This document shows, in pieces, positions 16,944 through 28,366 of a DNA stretch of 32,961 bases; the stretch's first letter is position 1; every line of letters starts with the position of its first letter. A model generated the notes under the pieces. That model was not told the origin of the DNA. It made no database searches and saw nothing but the letters and a program-made list of their open reading frames with translations. A program made the position numbers and the translations under genes. Origin of the DNA: Candidatus Krumholzibacteriia bacterium (GTDB lineage Bacteria > Krumholzibacteriota > Krumholzibacteriia > WVZY01); the NCBI GenBank assembly GCA_036478295.1, contig JAZGDW010000009.1, positions 1 through 32,961 of the forward strand, read 5' to 3'.

Positions 16944-18674
16944 ATGACCGCGTTATCGAGCAAGTGTTATTGGGAGGAGAAGCCCGCACCTGGGGACGAG
17001 GCTGTCCAGCGTCTCGTGCGCACGCTGGAAATACCGCAGGCCGGGGCCCATTTCCTCGCTTCGCGGGGCATGGACACACCGGAGGCTGCCGCCCGTTACC
17101 TGTCCCTGGACGGCGTCGGGTTCCACGATCCGTTTCTGTTTGAGAACATGGACCGTGCGGTCGCGGTTGTCCGAAGCGCCATCGACGCCGGCAAACGGAT
17201 CCTGATCCACGGTGACTACGACGTGGATGGCATCTGCGGTACCGCACTGCTCTACAAGTTTTTCCACGGGATGGTGCCTCACGTTTTTCGTTTCGTGCCT
17301 GACAGGAGGGTAGATGGTTACGGTATCGCCACACGCGGCGTGGAATGGGCCATCGAACACGACATCGGCCTGCTCATCGCTGTAGACTGCGGCACCTCGG
17401 ACGGCGACAAGGTGAAGCGCCTCGAGGAAGCTGGCGTAGACGTGGTGATTTGCGACCACCACGAGTTTTCCCTGGACCACGTGGCGCGTGGCATCATGCT
17501 CAATCCGGTGCGGCAAGGTGAACCGTATCCCTTCAGGGGATTGTGCGGCGCCGGCGTGGCACTCAAGCTCGTGCAGGCGCTGGCCGCGCGGGGGATTGTG
17601 AGCAAGAAACCTGCTGACGACCTGCTCGATCTGGCCGCCCTGGCAACGGTCGGAGACGTCGCTCCCCTCGTTGACGAGAACCGGCTGCTCGTGCGCGAAG
17701 GGTTGGCGTTGATGAATCGCGGAGGGCGGGTCGGCATCGAGGCGTTGAAGCGGGTCGCCCGGCTGGAGGGGTTGGCGATCACCGCGTCCCACATCGGCTT
17801 TGTGCTTGCACCGCGTCTGAATGCCCCCGGTCGTATCTCGAACCCGAAACCCGCGCTCCAGCTCCTGTGCGCGAAGGACCGTGTGGAGTCTGAGAAGCTG
17901 GCCCGGGACCTCGAAGCCGACAACGAGCTCCGGCGAGAGCTGACGGAAGCGGTAAAAGTTGACGTGATGAAGGACATCCGGCACATGGAGGACCGGGAGG
18001 CTCGCGGGGCTTTTGTCCTTGTCGGCGAGAACTGGAACGAAGGTGTCCTGGGCATCGCCGCGGCGCGGGTCGCGGAGGACTTCGGCAAGCCGGCCCTGCT
18101 GATTACGACGTCCGGTGACGTCGCCAAGGGGTCGGGCCGCAGCGTGCCCGGCGTGCACTTGAAAGAACAGATGGACCGGTGCAAATCGTTTCTGACACGA
18201 TTCGGGGGACATGCCCAGGCGGTGGGCTTCAGTATCGAACCCGGCAAGATAGATGCGTTCCGCGAGGAGTTCTCGCGTAACCTGAGCGAGGCGACTGCCG
18301 GTAAGCCCAGGAAACCCACGCTCGAAATCGATGCCGCACTGAGTCTCGGAGACGCGTCGATGGAACTGGTCGAGTTTCTTGGCCGCTGCGAGCCGTTCGG
18401 CAATGGCAACCGGAATCCCGTCTGGAAAATATCCAACGTCACCGTGGATTCCGGAACGCGGCGGGTCGGTAACGGCCACCTGAAGATTCTTTTCCGCGGG
18501 GCAGACCGCAGCAAGGCCGAAGGCATTTATTTCAACTGGGAAAACCGCGCGCTTGCCCCGGAAGCTCTGCACAACCGCACCGTGGACCTGGCCGTGAAAC
18601 TCAAGAAGGGGTACTATAAAAATCGCCATCACGTGGAGATCCAGGTCGTAGACATCCGTGAGCGGGAGGCTTGA
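16944..18674 (+). CDS. recJ: Single-stranded DNA exonuclease RecJ
   Basis: HGDYDVDG, VDCG, CDHH, ATVGDV, APRLNAPGR, KGSGRS, FGGHAQAVG, EPFGNGN. Confidence 0.96.
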   Translation: MTALSSKCYWEEKPAPGDEAVQRLVRTLEIPQAGAHFLASRGMDTPEAAARYLSLDGVGFHDPFLFENMDRAVAVVRSAIDAGKRILIHGDYDVDGICGTALLYKFFHGMVPHVFRFVPDRRVDGYGIATRGVEWAIEHDIGLLIAVDCGTSDGDKVKRLEEAGVDVVICDHHEFSLDHVARGIMLNPVRQGEPYPFRGLCGAGVALKLVQALAARGIVSKKPADDLLDLAALATVGDVAPLVDENRLLVREGLALMNRGGRVGIEALKRVARLEGLAITASHIGFVLAPRLNAPGRISNPKPALQLLCAKDRVESEKLARDLEADNELRRELTEAVKVDVMKDIRHMEDREARGAFVLVGENWNEGVLGIAAARVAEDFGKPALLITTSGDVAKGSGRSVPGVHLKEQMDRCKSFLTRFGGHAQAVGFSIEPGKIDAFREEFSRNLSEATAGKPRKPTLEIDAALSLGDASMELVEFLGRCEPFGNGNRNPVWKISNVTVDSGTRRVGNGHLKILFRGADRSKAEGIYFNWENRALAPEALHNRTVDLAVKLKKGYYKNRHHVEIQVVDIREREA

Positions 18675-18676
18675 TC

Positions 18677-19126
18677 GTGCGCGCCGTCGTACAGAGGCTA
18701 TCGCGCGCCGCGGTAACGGTGGATGATCGGGAGGTCGCCCGCATCGGTCGCGGACTGGCCGTGCTGGTGGGGTTCATGAAAAGCGATGACGAGGACACGC
18801 TGCGATGGATGGCGCGGAAGATCCTGTCGCTGAGGCTGTTCGAGGACGACGCGGGCAAGATGAACCTGGACCTGGCGGCGATCGGAGGCGACGTTCTCGT
18901 GGTGTCGCAGTTCACGCTGTACGGCGATTGCAACAAAGGAAGACGTCCCAGTTTCGACAAGAGTGCGCCGACGGAACTCGCGGCGGATCTCTACGCCCGT
19001 TTTCAAGAGATTGTTCGACAGGAGGCGCCTGGCGAAGTGGGAAGCGGCGTGTTCCAGGCACGCATGCAGGTGAGCCTCGTCAACGACGGACCGGTGACCC
19101 TGATCGTCGACAAGGAGAGCAAGTGA
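18677..19126 (+). CDS. dtd: D-aminoacyl-tRNA deacylase
   Basis: MRAVVQR, VSQFTL, KGRRPSF, NDGPVT; GTG 18677 follows GGAGG. Confidence 0.96.
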   Translation: MRAVVQRLSRAAVTVDDREVARIGRGLAVLVGFMKSDDEDTLRWMARKILSLRLFEDDAGKMNLDLAAIGGDVLVVSQFTLYGDCNKGRRPSFDKSAPTELAADLYARFQEIVRQEAPGEVGSGVFQARMQVSLVNDGPVTLIVDKESK

Positions 19127-19725
19127 ACCCGCTCGTGTCCGAAGAGGCGCAGAGCCATCTGATCCTCGGTTCGCGCTCGCCGCGCCGGCGTGACATCATG
19201 CGTGGTCTCGACTTCGAATTCGAGGTGGTGCCCCCGGACGAAGCGGTGGAAGAGCGGGCTGCGGGTGTGGACGGAGAGGAGAGACCGCTCGTGTACGCGC
19301 GGTTGAAAGCAAGAGACGTAGGCAGCCGTTACCCGGGTGCCAGGGTGATCGGCGCCGACACCGTGGTTATCCTCGGAAACGAGCTGCTGGAAAAGCCGCG
19401 AGACGACGAGGAGGCATCGGCGTTCCTGGAGAAACTGAGTGGGCAGGTCCATACGGTCGTCACCGGGGTGGTGGTGCGCCGGCACGCTGCCGAGATCGAG
19501 GTCTCGGGAAAAGAAATCACACGGGTCCATTTTCGCGAACTTACACGCACCGAGATCGAGGGCTACGTCACATCGGGCGAGGGCAGGGACAAAGCGGGCG
19601 CCTACGCCGTCCAGGGCCTCGGGGCTGGCCTGGTTCGCTCCATCGAGGGCTGCTTCTATAACGTGGTGGGATTGCCCGTGTCGTTGTTGCTCGACCTGTT
19701 GAGAAAAAGCGTGGCGACTGGATGA
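19123..19725 (+). CDS. maf: Maf family nucleotide pyrophosphatase
   Basis: ILGSRSPRRR, GADTVV, LEKP, DKAGAYAVQG, NVVGLP. True start is GTG 19123, overlapping the dtd stop, not 18805. Confidence 0.94.
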   Translation: MNPLVSEEAQSHLILGSRSPRRRDIMRGLDFEFEVVPPDEAVEERAAGVDGEERPLVYARLKARDVGSRYPGARVIGADTVVILGNELLEKPRDDEEASAFLEKLSGQVHTVVTGVVVRRHAAEIEVSGKEITRVHFRELTRTEIEGYVTSGEGRDKAGAYAVQGLGAGLVRSIEGCFYNVVGLPVSLLLDLLRKSVATG

Positions 19726-20801
19726 CAATTACTCCGACCATACTTTTCAAGAAAGGGGCGATCGAACTGATCGACCAGACGCTCCTGCCGGCGGAGTACA
19801 AGATTCTGCGGATCGACAGCGTGGATGTTCTGTGTGAGGCCATAGCCTCTCTCCGCATCCGCGGAGCGCCGGCGCTGGGGGTTGCCGGTGCGTTCGGGCT
19901 GCTGCTGGCCGTCGAGGAGAAATGGCGGGGGGAGAGCTATTACTATGATCAGGAAAGGACAGATCTCGAGAAACTGCCCGAAAGCGCCACCGTCGACGCC
20001 GTGCGGGAGCACCTTGAAAATGTCTCCAGGACGATCGTGGCCACGCGACCCACCGCGGTAAACCTCGGGTGGGCCGTCGAACGGATGCAGGAGGTCTGTC
20101 GTGGTCCGTGGAACACTGTTCAGGGGTTGCTTGCTGCCCTCCACGCCGAGGCCCTGGCCATTTACAATGAGGATCTCGAAATGTGCAGGGCGATCGGGCG
20201 CCACGGCGCGGAGCTTCTGAAAGACGGTGACAACGTTCTGACGCACTGCAACACCGGGGGCCTGGCCACGAGCGGGTTCGGAACGGCGCTCGGCGTCGTG
20301 TTCGCCGCAGTGGAGGCCGGTAAGAAGATACACGTTTACGCGGACGAGACCCGCCCGCTTCTTCAGGGGGCACGGTTGAATGCGTGGGAGTGCCAGCAGC
20401 GGGGCATTCCGGTCAGTGTGTTGTGTGATAGCGCGGCGGCGTCACTGATGAGCCGCGGACTGGTCTCGCTGGTCGTCGTGGGAGCCGACCGCATCGCCGG
20501 CAACGGAGATACGGCCAACAAGATTGGCACACTGAACCTGGCCATCGTCTCGAAGCGCTACGAGGTCCCGTTTTATGTAGCAGCGCCGTCGAGCACGATC
20601 GACGCGGGAATTCCGGACGGTAAAGGGATCCCGATCGAGGAGCGCTCCGAGAACGAGGTAAAGGAATTCCGCGGTGTGGTAGTCGCTCCGGAAAACGCGC
20701 GGGCGGTGAATCCGGCTTTCGACGTGACGCCCCACGATCTCATCGCGGGGTTTATTACCGAGAAAGGCGTCGTGCAGCCGCCTTTCGGTGACGAAATTTA
20801 A
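19722..20801 (+). CDS. mtnA: S-methyl-5-thioribose-1-phosphate isomerase
   Basis: IDQTLLP, IRGAPA, TRPTAVNL, LTHCNTGGLAT, ETRPLLQGARL, GADRIA.NGDTANKIGT, NPAFDVTP. Confidence 0.96.
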   Translation: MTITPTILFKKGAIELIDQTLLPAEYKILRIDSVDVLCEAIASLRIRGAPALGVAGAFGLLLAVEEKWRGESYYYDQERTDLEKLPESATVDAVREHLENVSRTIVATRPTAVNLGWAVERMQEVCRGPWNTVQGLLAALHAEALAIYNEDLEMCRAIGRHGAELLKDGDNVLTHCNTGGLATSGFGTALGVVFAAVEAGKKIHVYADETRPLLQGARLNAWECQQRGIPVSVLCDSAAASLMSRGLVSLVVVGADRIAGNGDTANKIGTLNLAIVSKRYEVPFYVAAPSSTIDAGIPDGKGIPIEERSENEVKEFRGVVVAPENARAVNPAFDVTPHDLIAGFITEKGVVQPPFGDEI

Positions 20802-20843
20802 GACCGTGGGTGGCGTCAGGCGCCTGGTGCGTGCGAGGATGCT

Positions 20844-21017
20844 GTGGCTCTGGAAATGCGCGAACGCTGCGAGAAATGTGACCGGCATTTGCTGGCGGAT
20901 GACGCGTACATCTGCAGTTATGAGTGCGCTTTTTGTGAGGAGTGCGCCCGCGGTCAGGATTTCATTTGCCCGAACTGCGCAGGCGAGCTCGTTCGGAGAC
21001 CGAAGCGGAACATGTAA
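20844..21017 (+). CDS. DUF1272 family small Cys-rich protein (57 aa)
   Basis: Manual translation from GTG 20844 (GAGG RBS): MALEMRERCEKCDRHLLADDAYICSYECAFCEECARGQDFICPNCAGELVRRPKRNM. Matches the ICSxECTFC..C / CPNCxGELVRRP pattern; below the ORF-track cut-off. Confidence 0.88.
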   Translation: MALEMRERCEKCDRHLLADDAYICSYECAFCEECARGQDFICPNCAGELVRRPKRNM

Positions 21018-21048
21018 GTAAGGTACGATCGCGACATGGAGGTAACGA

Positions 21049-21585
21049 ATGCCTGGCCTGAATATAATGTTTGCAGCCGTCCTCGCGTTTACGCCGGGTG
21101 ATTACGCGCCGCCAGACAGCATCAAGCTGACGTGGGACGTGACGCTGGTGGCGGACGAGGAAAAGGGAGAGCCGATGGTGGTCTCCGGAACCGTCTACCG
21201 TGCCGATGGCAAGACCCCCGTCAAAGGCGCCGTCGTCTATGCTTACCACACCGACACCCGTGGCTACTATTCGAAGGACCAGCGAGGACCTTCCAACCCG
21301 CGACTCAAGGGCTGGATGAAAACCAACGCCGATGGCCGCTATCGGTTCCGTTCCATACGGCCCGGCGCGTATCCGGAGGGAACCCTGGCCGCGCATGTGC
21401 ATTTCTTCGTCACCCCCCCGGGTGGGAAGCAACAGTTGTTCGAGCTGCTCTTCGAGGGCGATCCGCTCTTGCCCGACGACATGGAGAAGAGGGCCAACCG
21501 TGGGGGCTATTACCTGCTGCAGCGTATCGAACGCGATAAGAAAGGCGTCTGGCGCTGTGTCGCGGACATCACCCTGCGACCGTAG
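21049..21585 (+). CDS. Intradiol ring-cleavage dioxygenase-like protein
   Basis: GEPMVVSGTVY, YHTDTRGYY, TNADGRYRFRSIRPGAYP, AHVHF; GGAGG RBS. Confidence 0.85.
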   Translation: MPGLNIMFAAVLAFTPGDYAPPDSIKLTWDVTLVADEEKGEPMVVSGTVYRADGKTPVKGAVVYAYHTDTRGYYSKDQRGPSNPRLKGWMKTNADGRYRFRSIRPGAYPEGTLAAHVHFFVTPPGGKQQLFELLFEGDPLLPDDMEKRANRGGYYLLQRIERDKKGVWRCVADITLRP

Positions 21586-21617
21586 TCGGCGCAACCGACG
21601 CGACAAGGAACCTGGCC

Positions 21618-22322
21618 ATGGACCTGCGGTCACGTCTGAGCGAGTTGATGCGCTACTACGACCGTCGCGCGCCCGAGTACGAGGAGCTTTACTACCGGAC
21701 CGACCCCTTACGACGGGGTGAACTCGAGCGCGCCGCGGCCACGATGAGGAATTGTCTCGAGGAGCGCCGTGTCCTCGAGCTCGCCTGCGGCACCGGCTAC
21801 TGGACCGAGAGACTGGTGGGCTGCGTCCGGTCCGTCCTCGCCGTGGACAGCTCGTCCGAGATGTTGTCGCTGGCCCGGCGCAAGAAACTGCCCCGTGACG
21901 TAGTGGACTATTCGCTTGCCGACGCCTACCATCTAGAATCGATAAATGGAGAATTCGACGGCGGCATGGCGAACTTCTGGTTGTCACATGTGCCCAAGAG
22001 CATTCTGGGCCGCTTCGTGGATGGTTTTCACAAGCGCCTGGGCCCGGGTGCTGTCGTATTCATGATGGATAACTTCCAGATCGCCGGTTACGGCGGGGAG
22101 TTCATCCGGGTGGCGGGCAGCGAGGATACGTTCAGGAGGCGTGAACTGCAGGACGGGTCCAGCCATGAGATCATCAAGAACTACTACGATGAAGCGGAGC
22201 TCCGACGGCTCCTGTCGCCGCATGCCGACGGCCTCGAGGTGCATGCGGGCGAGTACTACTGGTGGTTAAACTACCGCGTAGCAGAAAAGGATGTGGGGAG
22301 TGGGGTGGCTTCGGGGTTTTGA
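21618..22322 (+). CDS. Class I SAM-dependent methyltransferase
   Basis: YYDRRAPEY, VLELACGTGYWT, AVDSSSEML, FWLSHVP. Confidence 0.9.
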   Translation: MDLRSRLSELMRYYDRRAPEYEELYYRTDPLRRGELERAAATMRNCLEERRVLELACGTGYWTERLVGCVRSVLAVDSSSEMLSLARRKKLPRDVVDYSLADAYHLESINGEFDGGMANFWLSHVPKSILGRFVDGFHKRLGPGAVVFMMDNFQIAGYGGEFIRVAGSEDTFRRRELQDGSSHEIIKNYYDEAELRRLLSPHADGLEVHAGEYYWWLNYRVAEKDVGSGVASGF

Positions 22323-22324
22323 GA

Positions 22325-22354
22325 TTGACAGCCGCGAGAGACAGTGCCTACTAT
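22325..22354 (+). promoter_or_regulatory. Sigma-70-type promoter of the thiC leader
   Basis: TTGACA (22325-22330), 18 bp, TACTAT (22349-22354). Confidence 0.75.
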
Positions 22355-22363
22355 GAAATCGTT

Positions 22364-22447
22364 CCGCCAGGGGTATCCCGCGTGACGTCGGGATTGAGAC
22401 GATACCCTTGGAACCTGATCCGGTTGACACCGGCGTAGGGAAGGCGG
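22364..22447 (+). ncRNA. TPP riboswitch aptamer
   Basis: AGGGGT...TGAGA..ATACCCTTGGAACCTGATCCGGTTGACACCGGCGTAGGGAAG; P1 CCGCC/GGCGG; lies upstream of thiC. Confidence 0.96.
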
Positions 22448-22454
22448 CAAGTAA

Positions 22455-24326
<1,872 letters not shown>

Positions 24327-24356
24327 GTTTCCCTTACGAGGTGGAGTACGGCAACG

Positions 24357-24998
24357 ATGGACGCGTTGCAACGAACGCCGGCCGACGCCCGGTTTCTTTA
24401 CGTTCTGGCACACGGGGCCGGCGCGGGCATGCGGCATCCGTTCATGGAGACCATCGCTGAACTGCTCGCGGGGCAAGGGGTGGCCACCTACCGGTACGAA
24501 TTCCCCTACATGAGAGACGGCAGGCGCCGGCCCGACCCTCCTGGCGTGCTAAAGGAAACGGTATCACAAGCAGTGGAGCGGGCGCGGGCCTCTGCGGACG
24601 CGTGCGCCGTTCTCGCCGGTGGTAAGTCGCTGGGTGCACGCATGACGTCCCTGGCGGCGGCGGAGGGCACGCTGCCCGGCGTCAGTGGCCTGGTTTTTTT
24701 GGGTTTTCCGTTACACGCACCGGGCAAGCCGGGGATCGGGCGGGCGGAACACCTGGACGACATCGCGCTGCCGATGCTCTTCATTCAGGGTACCCGCGAC
24801 TCGCTTGCGGACGCGGGGCTCATGCAAGACGTTTGCGAACGGCTGGGCTCGAAGGCCACCCTGCACTTCGTGGAGGGGGGCGACCATTCGTTCAAGGTGT
24901 TGAAGCGCTCTGGGCGCCAGCGGGACGACGTCATGCTGGAAATCGCAGAGACGATATCGAACTGGTCGTGCCGGAACTTTTCAAGGGCTGAGTCATGA
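24357..24998 (+). CDS. Alpha/beta hydrolase family protein
   Basis: LAHGAGAGM, GGKSLGAR nucleophile elbow, GFPLH, QGTRD, GGDHSF. Confidence 0.88.
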   Translation: MDALQRTPADARFLYVLAHGAGAGMRHPFMETIAELLAGQGVATYRYEFPYMRDGRRRPDPPGVLKETVSQAVERARASADACAVLAGGKSLGARMTSLAAAEGTLPGVSGLVFLGFPLHAPGKPGIGRAEHLDDIALPMLFIQGTRDSLADAGLMQDVCERLGSKATLHFVEGGDHSFKVLKRSGRQRDDVMLEIAETISNWSCRNFSRAES

Positions 24999-26350
24999 AA
25001 CTGTGGAACGCGCCGGTAGAGACTTTTTTGGACGCGCTGCGCGCGGAGAAATTATGGCGTGCCTACATCATCACCGATCCGCAAACGGGAGCGGTCGAGG
25101 CGAGCCACCCGCTGCTTCATTCGATAGCGGAAACCGTTGCGGGGGACGATCGTGACTACCGCGGCCACGAAGGGTGTTTTTTTGAAATCGGCCGCGAGAG
25201 CGGTCACCTGCTGTCCGCCTGTGTGCACAAGACGGTACGGGGACAGGCCGCCGGGGGGGTACGCTTCTGGCGATACGATTCGGTCGAGGGTTTCGTTCGT
25301 GATGGCCTGCGCCTGAGTCTCGGCATGGGGCAAAAGAACGCGCTGGCCGGGTTGTGGTGGGGAGGAGGCAAGGGTGTCGTGGCCCGGCGCAAAGACGCCG
25401 ATCACCGCGACCCCGCGGTGCGCGGCGCCGTTTACGGCGACTACGGGCGTTTTCTCACCGGTTTGTGCGGCTGTTACATCACCGCGGAAGACGCCGGCAC
25501 CACACCCGAAGACATGGCGCGGGTGTTTCGCACGACGCGTTATACGACCTGTATACCCGAAACACTCGGTGGCAGCGGCAACCCCAGCCGGCTGACGGCA
25601 ACCGGTGTGGTAATGGCGATGGAGGCGGCACTGGAGTGGCTGGGTCGTGGCGACCTCGGGGGCAAGACCGTGGCGCTTCAAGGACTGGGAAACGTTTCCT
25701 CCTGGATGATTGGTGATCTCCTCGACCGGGGGGTCCGGCGTATCACGGGGGTGGATATCGAGGCGGCAGCCGTGACAGCGTGTCAAAAACGGTATGTGGG
25801 CGCGTCGGTGGCGCTGCGCGTGGTCGCCCCGGGCGACGTATCGATCCTGGCCGAGGAATGCGACGTGCTCGCGCCCAACGCGGTCGGCGCGTGTCTCACA
25901 GCGACGACGATTCCCTCGATCCGGGCGCCGGTGGTGTGTGGTGCCGCCAACAACCAGTTGGAGGACCCGCGGCGAGACGCTGACACGCTCAAAGAACACG
26001 GCGTACTCTACGTGCCGGACTTTCTGGCCAACCGTATGGGCATCGTAAACTGCGCCAACGAACAATACGGCGTTTTCCCGGGTGATCCCGGTATTGCAAG
26101 CCACCTCGACCGGGAAACCCAGACGGGCGTGTACCGGCGTTGTCTCGAAGTATTTCGCCGCTCCGAGTCGTCCGGGCGCACCGCCGCGGCCGAGGCGGAG
26201 GCGCTGGCGGACGAGCTCTCGAGCGAACCGCACCCCATCTGGGGCAATCGCGGGCAGGCGATCATCGACTATCTCGTAGAGAGTGGTTGGGCGGAGGGAG
26301 ATCCGATCTCCGAAAAGGGCGGATCTCCCGGGGGCGCCGGCCATGAGTAG
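24995..26350 (+). CDS. Glu/Leu/Phe/Val dehydrogenase family protein
   Basis: GGVR, GGGKGV, TAEDAGT, GNPSRLTATGV, QGLGNV, CGAANNQL, YVPDFLAN. Confidence 0.9.
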   Translation: MKLWNAPVETFLDALRAEKLWRAYIITDPQTGAVEASHPLLHSIAETVAGDDRDYRGHEGCFFEIGRESGHLLSACVHKTVRGQAAGGVRFWRYDSVEGFVRDGLRLSLGMGQKNALAGLWWGGGKGVVARRKDADHRDPAVRGAVYGDYGRFLTGLCGCYITAEDAGTTPEDMARVFRTTRYTTCIPETLGGSGNPSRLTATGVVMAMEAALEWLGRGDLGGKTVALQGLGNVSSWMIGDLLDRGVRRITGVDIEAAAVTACQKRYVGASVALRVVAPGDVSILAEECDVLAPNAVGACLTATTIPSIRAPVVCGAANNQLEDPRRDADTLKEHGVLYVPDFLANRMGIVNCANEQYGVFPGDPGIASHLDRETQTGVYRRCLEVFRRSESSGRTAAAEAEALADELSSEPHPIWGNRGQAIIDYLVESGWAEGDPISEKGGSPGGAGHE

Positions 26351-26371
26351 CACTGCGTGGAAAGGGGTCCT

Positions 26372-27034
26372 GTGAAGGAACGATCGGCGACGGTGCGCCG
26401 CACGGCGCGGTTTTTTACGCTGGGCGACGATGCGCGGCCGCGTGAAGTCTGGTTCGTGTGTCACGGCTATCGTCAGCTTGCCCGCACGTTCCTCGGCTAC
26501 TTCACCGCGATCGACGCCAGCCATCGGTTGATCGTCGCGCCGGAGGGCCTGTCGCGTTTTTATGTCCAGGGGGCGGACGACGGTGATGCGAAAGCGGTGG
26601 TCGGGGCTAGCTGGATGACGAGGGAAGACCGCGAGAACGAAATCGAGGATTACGTCGCGTACCTCGACACGGTGCATGACAAGGTATTCGAAGCGATCGA
26701 CCGCGCGGCCGTGCGAATCGTCGTGCTGGGTTTCTCGCAGGGCGCCGCGACCGTCAGCCGCTGGGTCGACCGCGGCAAGGTCCTGGCCGATAAACTCATT
26801 CTATGGGGCGGGGCGATGCCGTCCGACATCGACTGGTCCGCCGGGGCGCCGATCCGCGGGGTGGCCCTTTCCCTCGTGGCGGGATCGCGGGACGACTACG
26901 CAACACCCGCGGCGATTGCCGAGCTGGAAGGGCGCCTGCGGCAACACGGCCTGGTCTACGAGCTGGTACGGTTCGACGGCGGGCACCATTTGAACCAGCG
27001 CGTGTTGCAGAAGCTCGCGGGAGGGGGCGGGTGA
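26372..27034 (+). CDS. Phospholipase/carboxylesterase-type alpha/beta hydrolase
   Basis: VCHGY.QLA, APEGLSRFY, VGASWMTREDR, GFSQG, FDGGH. Start is GTG 26372 or 26357. Confidence 0.85.
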   Translation: MKERSATVRRTARFFTLGDDARPREVWFVCHGYRQLARTFLGYFTAIDASHRLIVAPEGLSRFYVQGADDGDAKAVVGASWMTREDRENEIEDYVAYLDTVHDKVFEAIDRAAVRIVVLGFSQGAATVSRWVDRGKVLADKLILWGGAMPSDIDWSAGAPIRGVALSLVAGSRDDYATPAAIAELEGRLRQHGLVYELVRFDGGHHLNQRVLQKLAGGGG

Positions 27035-27122
27035 GTCCGCGACAAGAAAATGCCGGACAGAACACCGGCGGGCATTTATACTGCTGCGTGAAAGAACCGA
27101 TCAAACAATACGGGATCCACAG

Positions 27123-27896
27123 ATGAGCCGTTTGAAGGGGAAAGTCGTTCTAATAACGGGTGCGAGTTCGGGAATCGGGGAGGCGTGCGCACGGCGGTTC
27201 GCGTCGCACGGATCCGACCTTGTCCTCGTGGCACGGCGCCGTGAGCGGCTCGAGTCATCGAAAACATCTCTCGAAAAAGAGTACGGCGTCCGTGTGCTGG
27301 TGGAGACGCTCGATGTCCGCGATCGCCAGGCAGTGAATGCATTCGGAGACCGGTTGCAGGTCGAGAACCGCGTGCCGGATGTCTTGGTCAACAACGCGGG
27401 ATTGGCGAGCGGCCTCAGCCCGATTTTCGAGGGCGATCCCGAGGACTGGGACCGGATGATCGACACCAACGTCAAGGGTCTCTTGAACGTGTCGCACCGC
27501 ATCATTCCCATGATGGTGGCCCGCGACAGCGGGCATATCATTAACATCGGCAGTATCGCCGGACATATCGTGTATCCGTTGGGAAATGTCTACAACGCCA
27601 CCAAGTTTGCCGTACGCGCCCTGAATGAGGCCATGAACATAGAGTTGGTGGGGACAAAGATTCGCGTGTCGTGCGTCGATCCCGGGGTTACGGCGACGGA
27701 GTTTTCGGCGGTGAGATTTCACGGCGACCGGGCTAAAGCAGAGGCGGTGTACAAGGGGTTCAAACCGCTGACCGGAGATGATATTGCCGACGCGATCTGC
27801 TACGTGGCCAGCGTGCCGGACCACGTGAACGTGCTGGACATGATCGTCATGCCGACCGCGCAGCGAAGCCCGTACGTCCTTCACCGCGACGAGTAG
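27123..27896 (+). CDS. Short-chain dehydrogenase/reductase (YdfG-like)
   Basis: TGASSGIG, NNAG, YNATK, TEFSAVRFHGD, MPTAQ. Confidence 0.92.
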   Translation: MSRLKGKVVLITGASSGIGEACARRFASHGSDLVLVARRRERLESSKTSLEKEYGVRVLVETLDVRDRQAVNAFGDRLQVENRVPDVLVNNAGLASGLSPIFEGDPEDWDRMIDTNVKGLLNVSHRIIPMMVARDSGHIINIGSIAGHIVYPLGNVYNATKFAVRALNEAMNIELVGTKIRVSCVDPGVTATEFSAVRFHGDRAKAEAVYKGFKPLTGDDIADAICYVASVPDHVNVLDMIVMPTAQRSPYVLHRDE

Positions 27897-27920
27897 TCAC
27901 GCAAGGGAGACAACGAGCAC

Positions 27921-28349
27921 ATGAAAATCGCAATCGGGTCGGACCACGCAGGCTACGATTACAAGGAAACGATCAAGAGGTACCTCGAAGAAGCCGGGCA
28001 CGAGGTAAGGGACTACGGAACCGATTCCCGTGAGCCCGTGGACTACGCGGCGTTCATCAGGCCGGTCGCCGAAGCGGTGGCCACCGGGGAATTCGAGCGG
28101 GGAATCGTCCTTGGGGGATCCGGGAACGGAGAGGCTATGGTGGCCAACCGCGTCCGCGGCGTGCGCTGCGCGCTGTGTTGGAACGTCGAGTCCGCGCGCC
28201 TCGCCCGCGGGCATAATGATGCCAACATGGTCTCGTTGGGTCAGCGCATGATGTCGGGCGAAACAGCGCTCGCTGTTGTCCGTGTCTGGCTGGAAACCGC
28301 CTTCGACGGTGGACGCCACGAGCGGCGCATCCGGCAAATCGACGATTGA
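27921..28349 (+). CDS. rpiB: Ribose-5-phosphate isomerase B
   Basis: IGSDHAG, GGSGNGE..VAN, ARGHNDAN, FDGGRHERRI. Confidence 0.94.
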   Translation: MKIAIGSDHAGYDYKETIKRYLEEAGHEVRDYGTDSREPVDYAAFIRPVAEAVATGEFERGIVLGGSGNGEAMVANRVRGVRCALCWNVESARLARGHNDANMVSLGQRMMSGETALAVVRVWLETAFDGGRHERRIRQIDD

Positions 28350-28366
28350 CGAAAGAACGGCGAGAC

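Noticed and set aside
18805..19122. Apparent N-terminal extension of Maf (and of VOC at 30332-30796, CvpA at 7920-8015)
   Set aside because: The extensions overlap upstream genes in another frame or lack family similarity; downstream starts give normal-length proteins.
20788..21021. 77-aa ORF from the track after mtnA
   Set aside because: Wrong frame; the DUF1272 frame at 20844-21017 has an RBS and a family motif.
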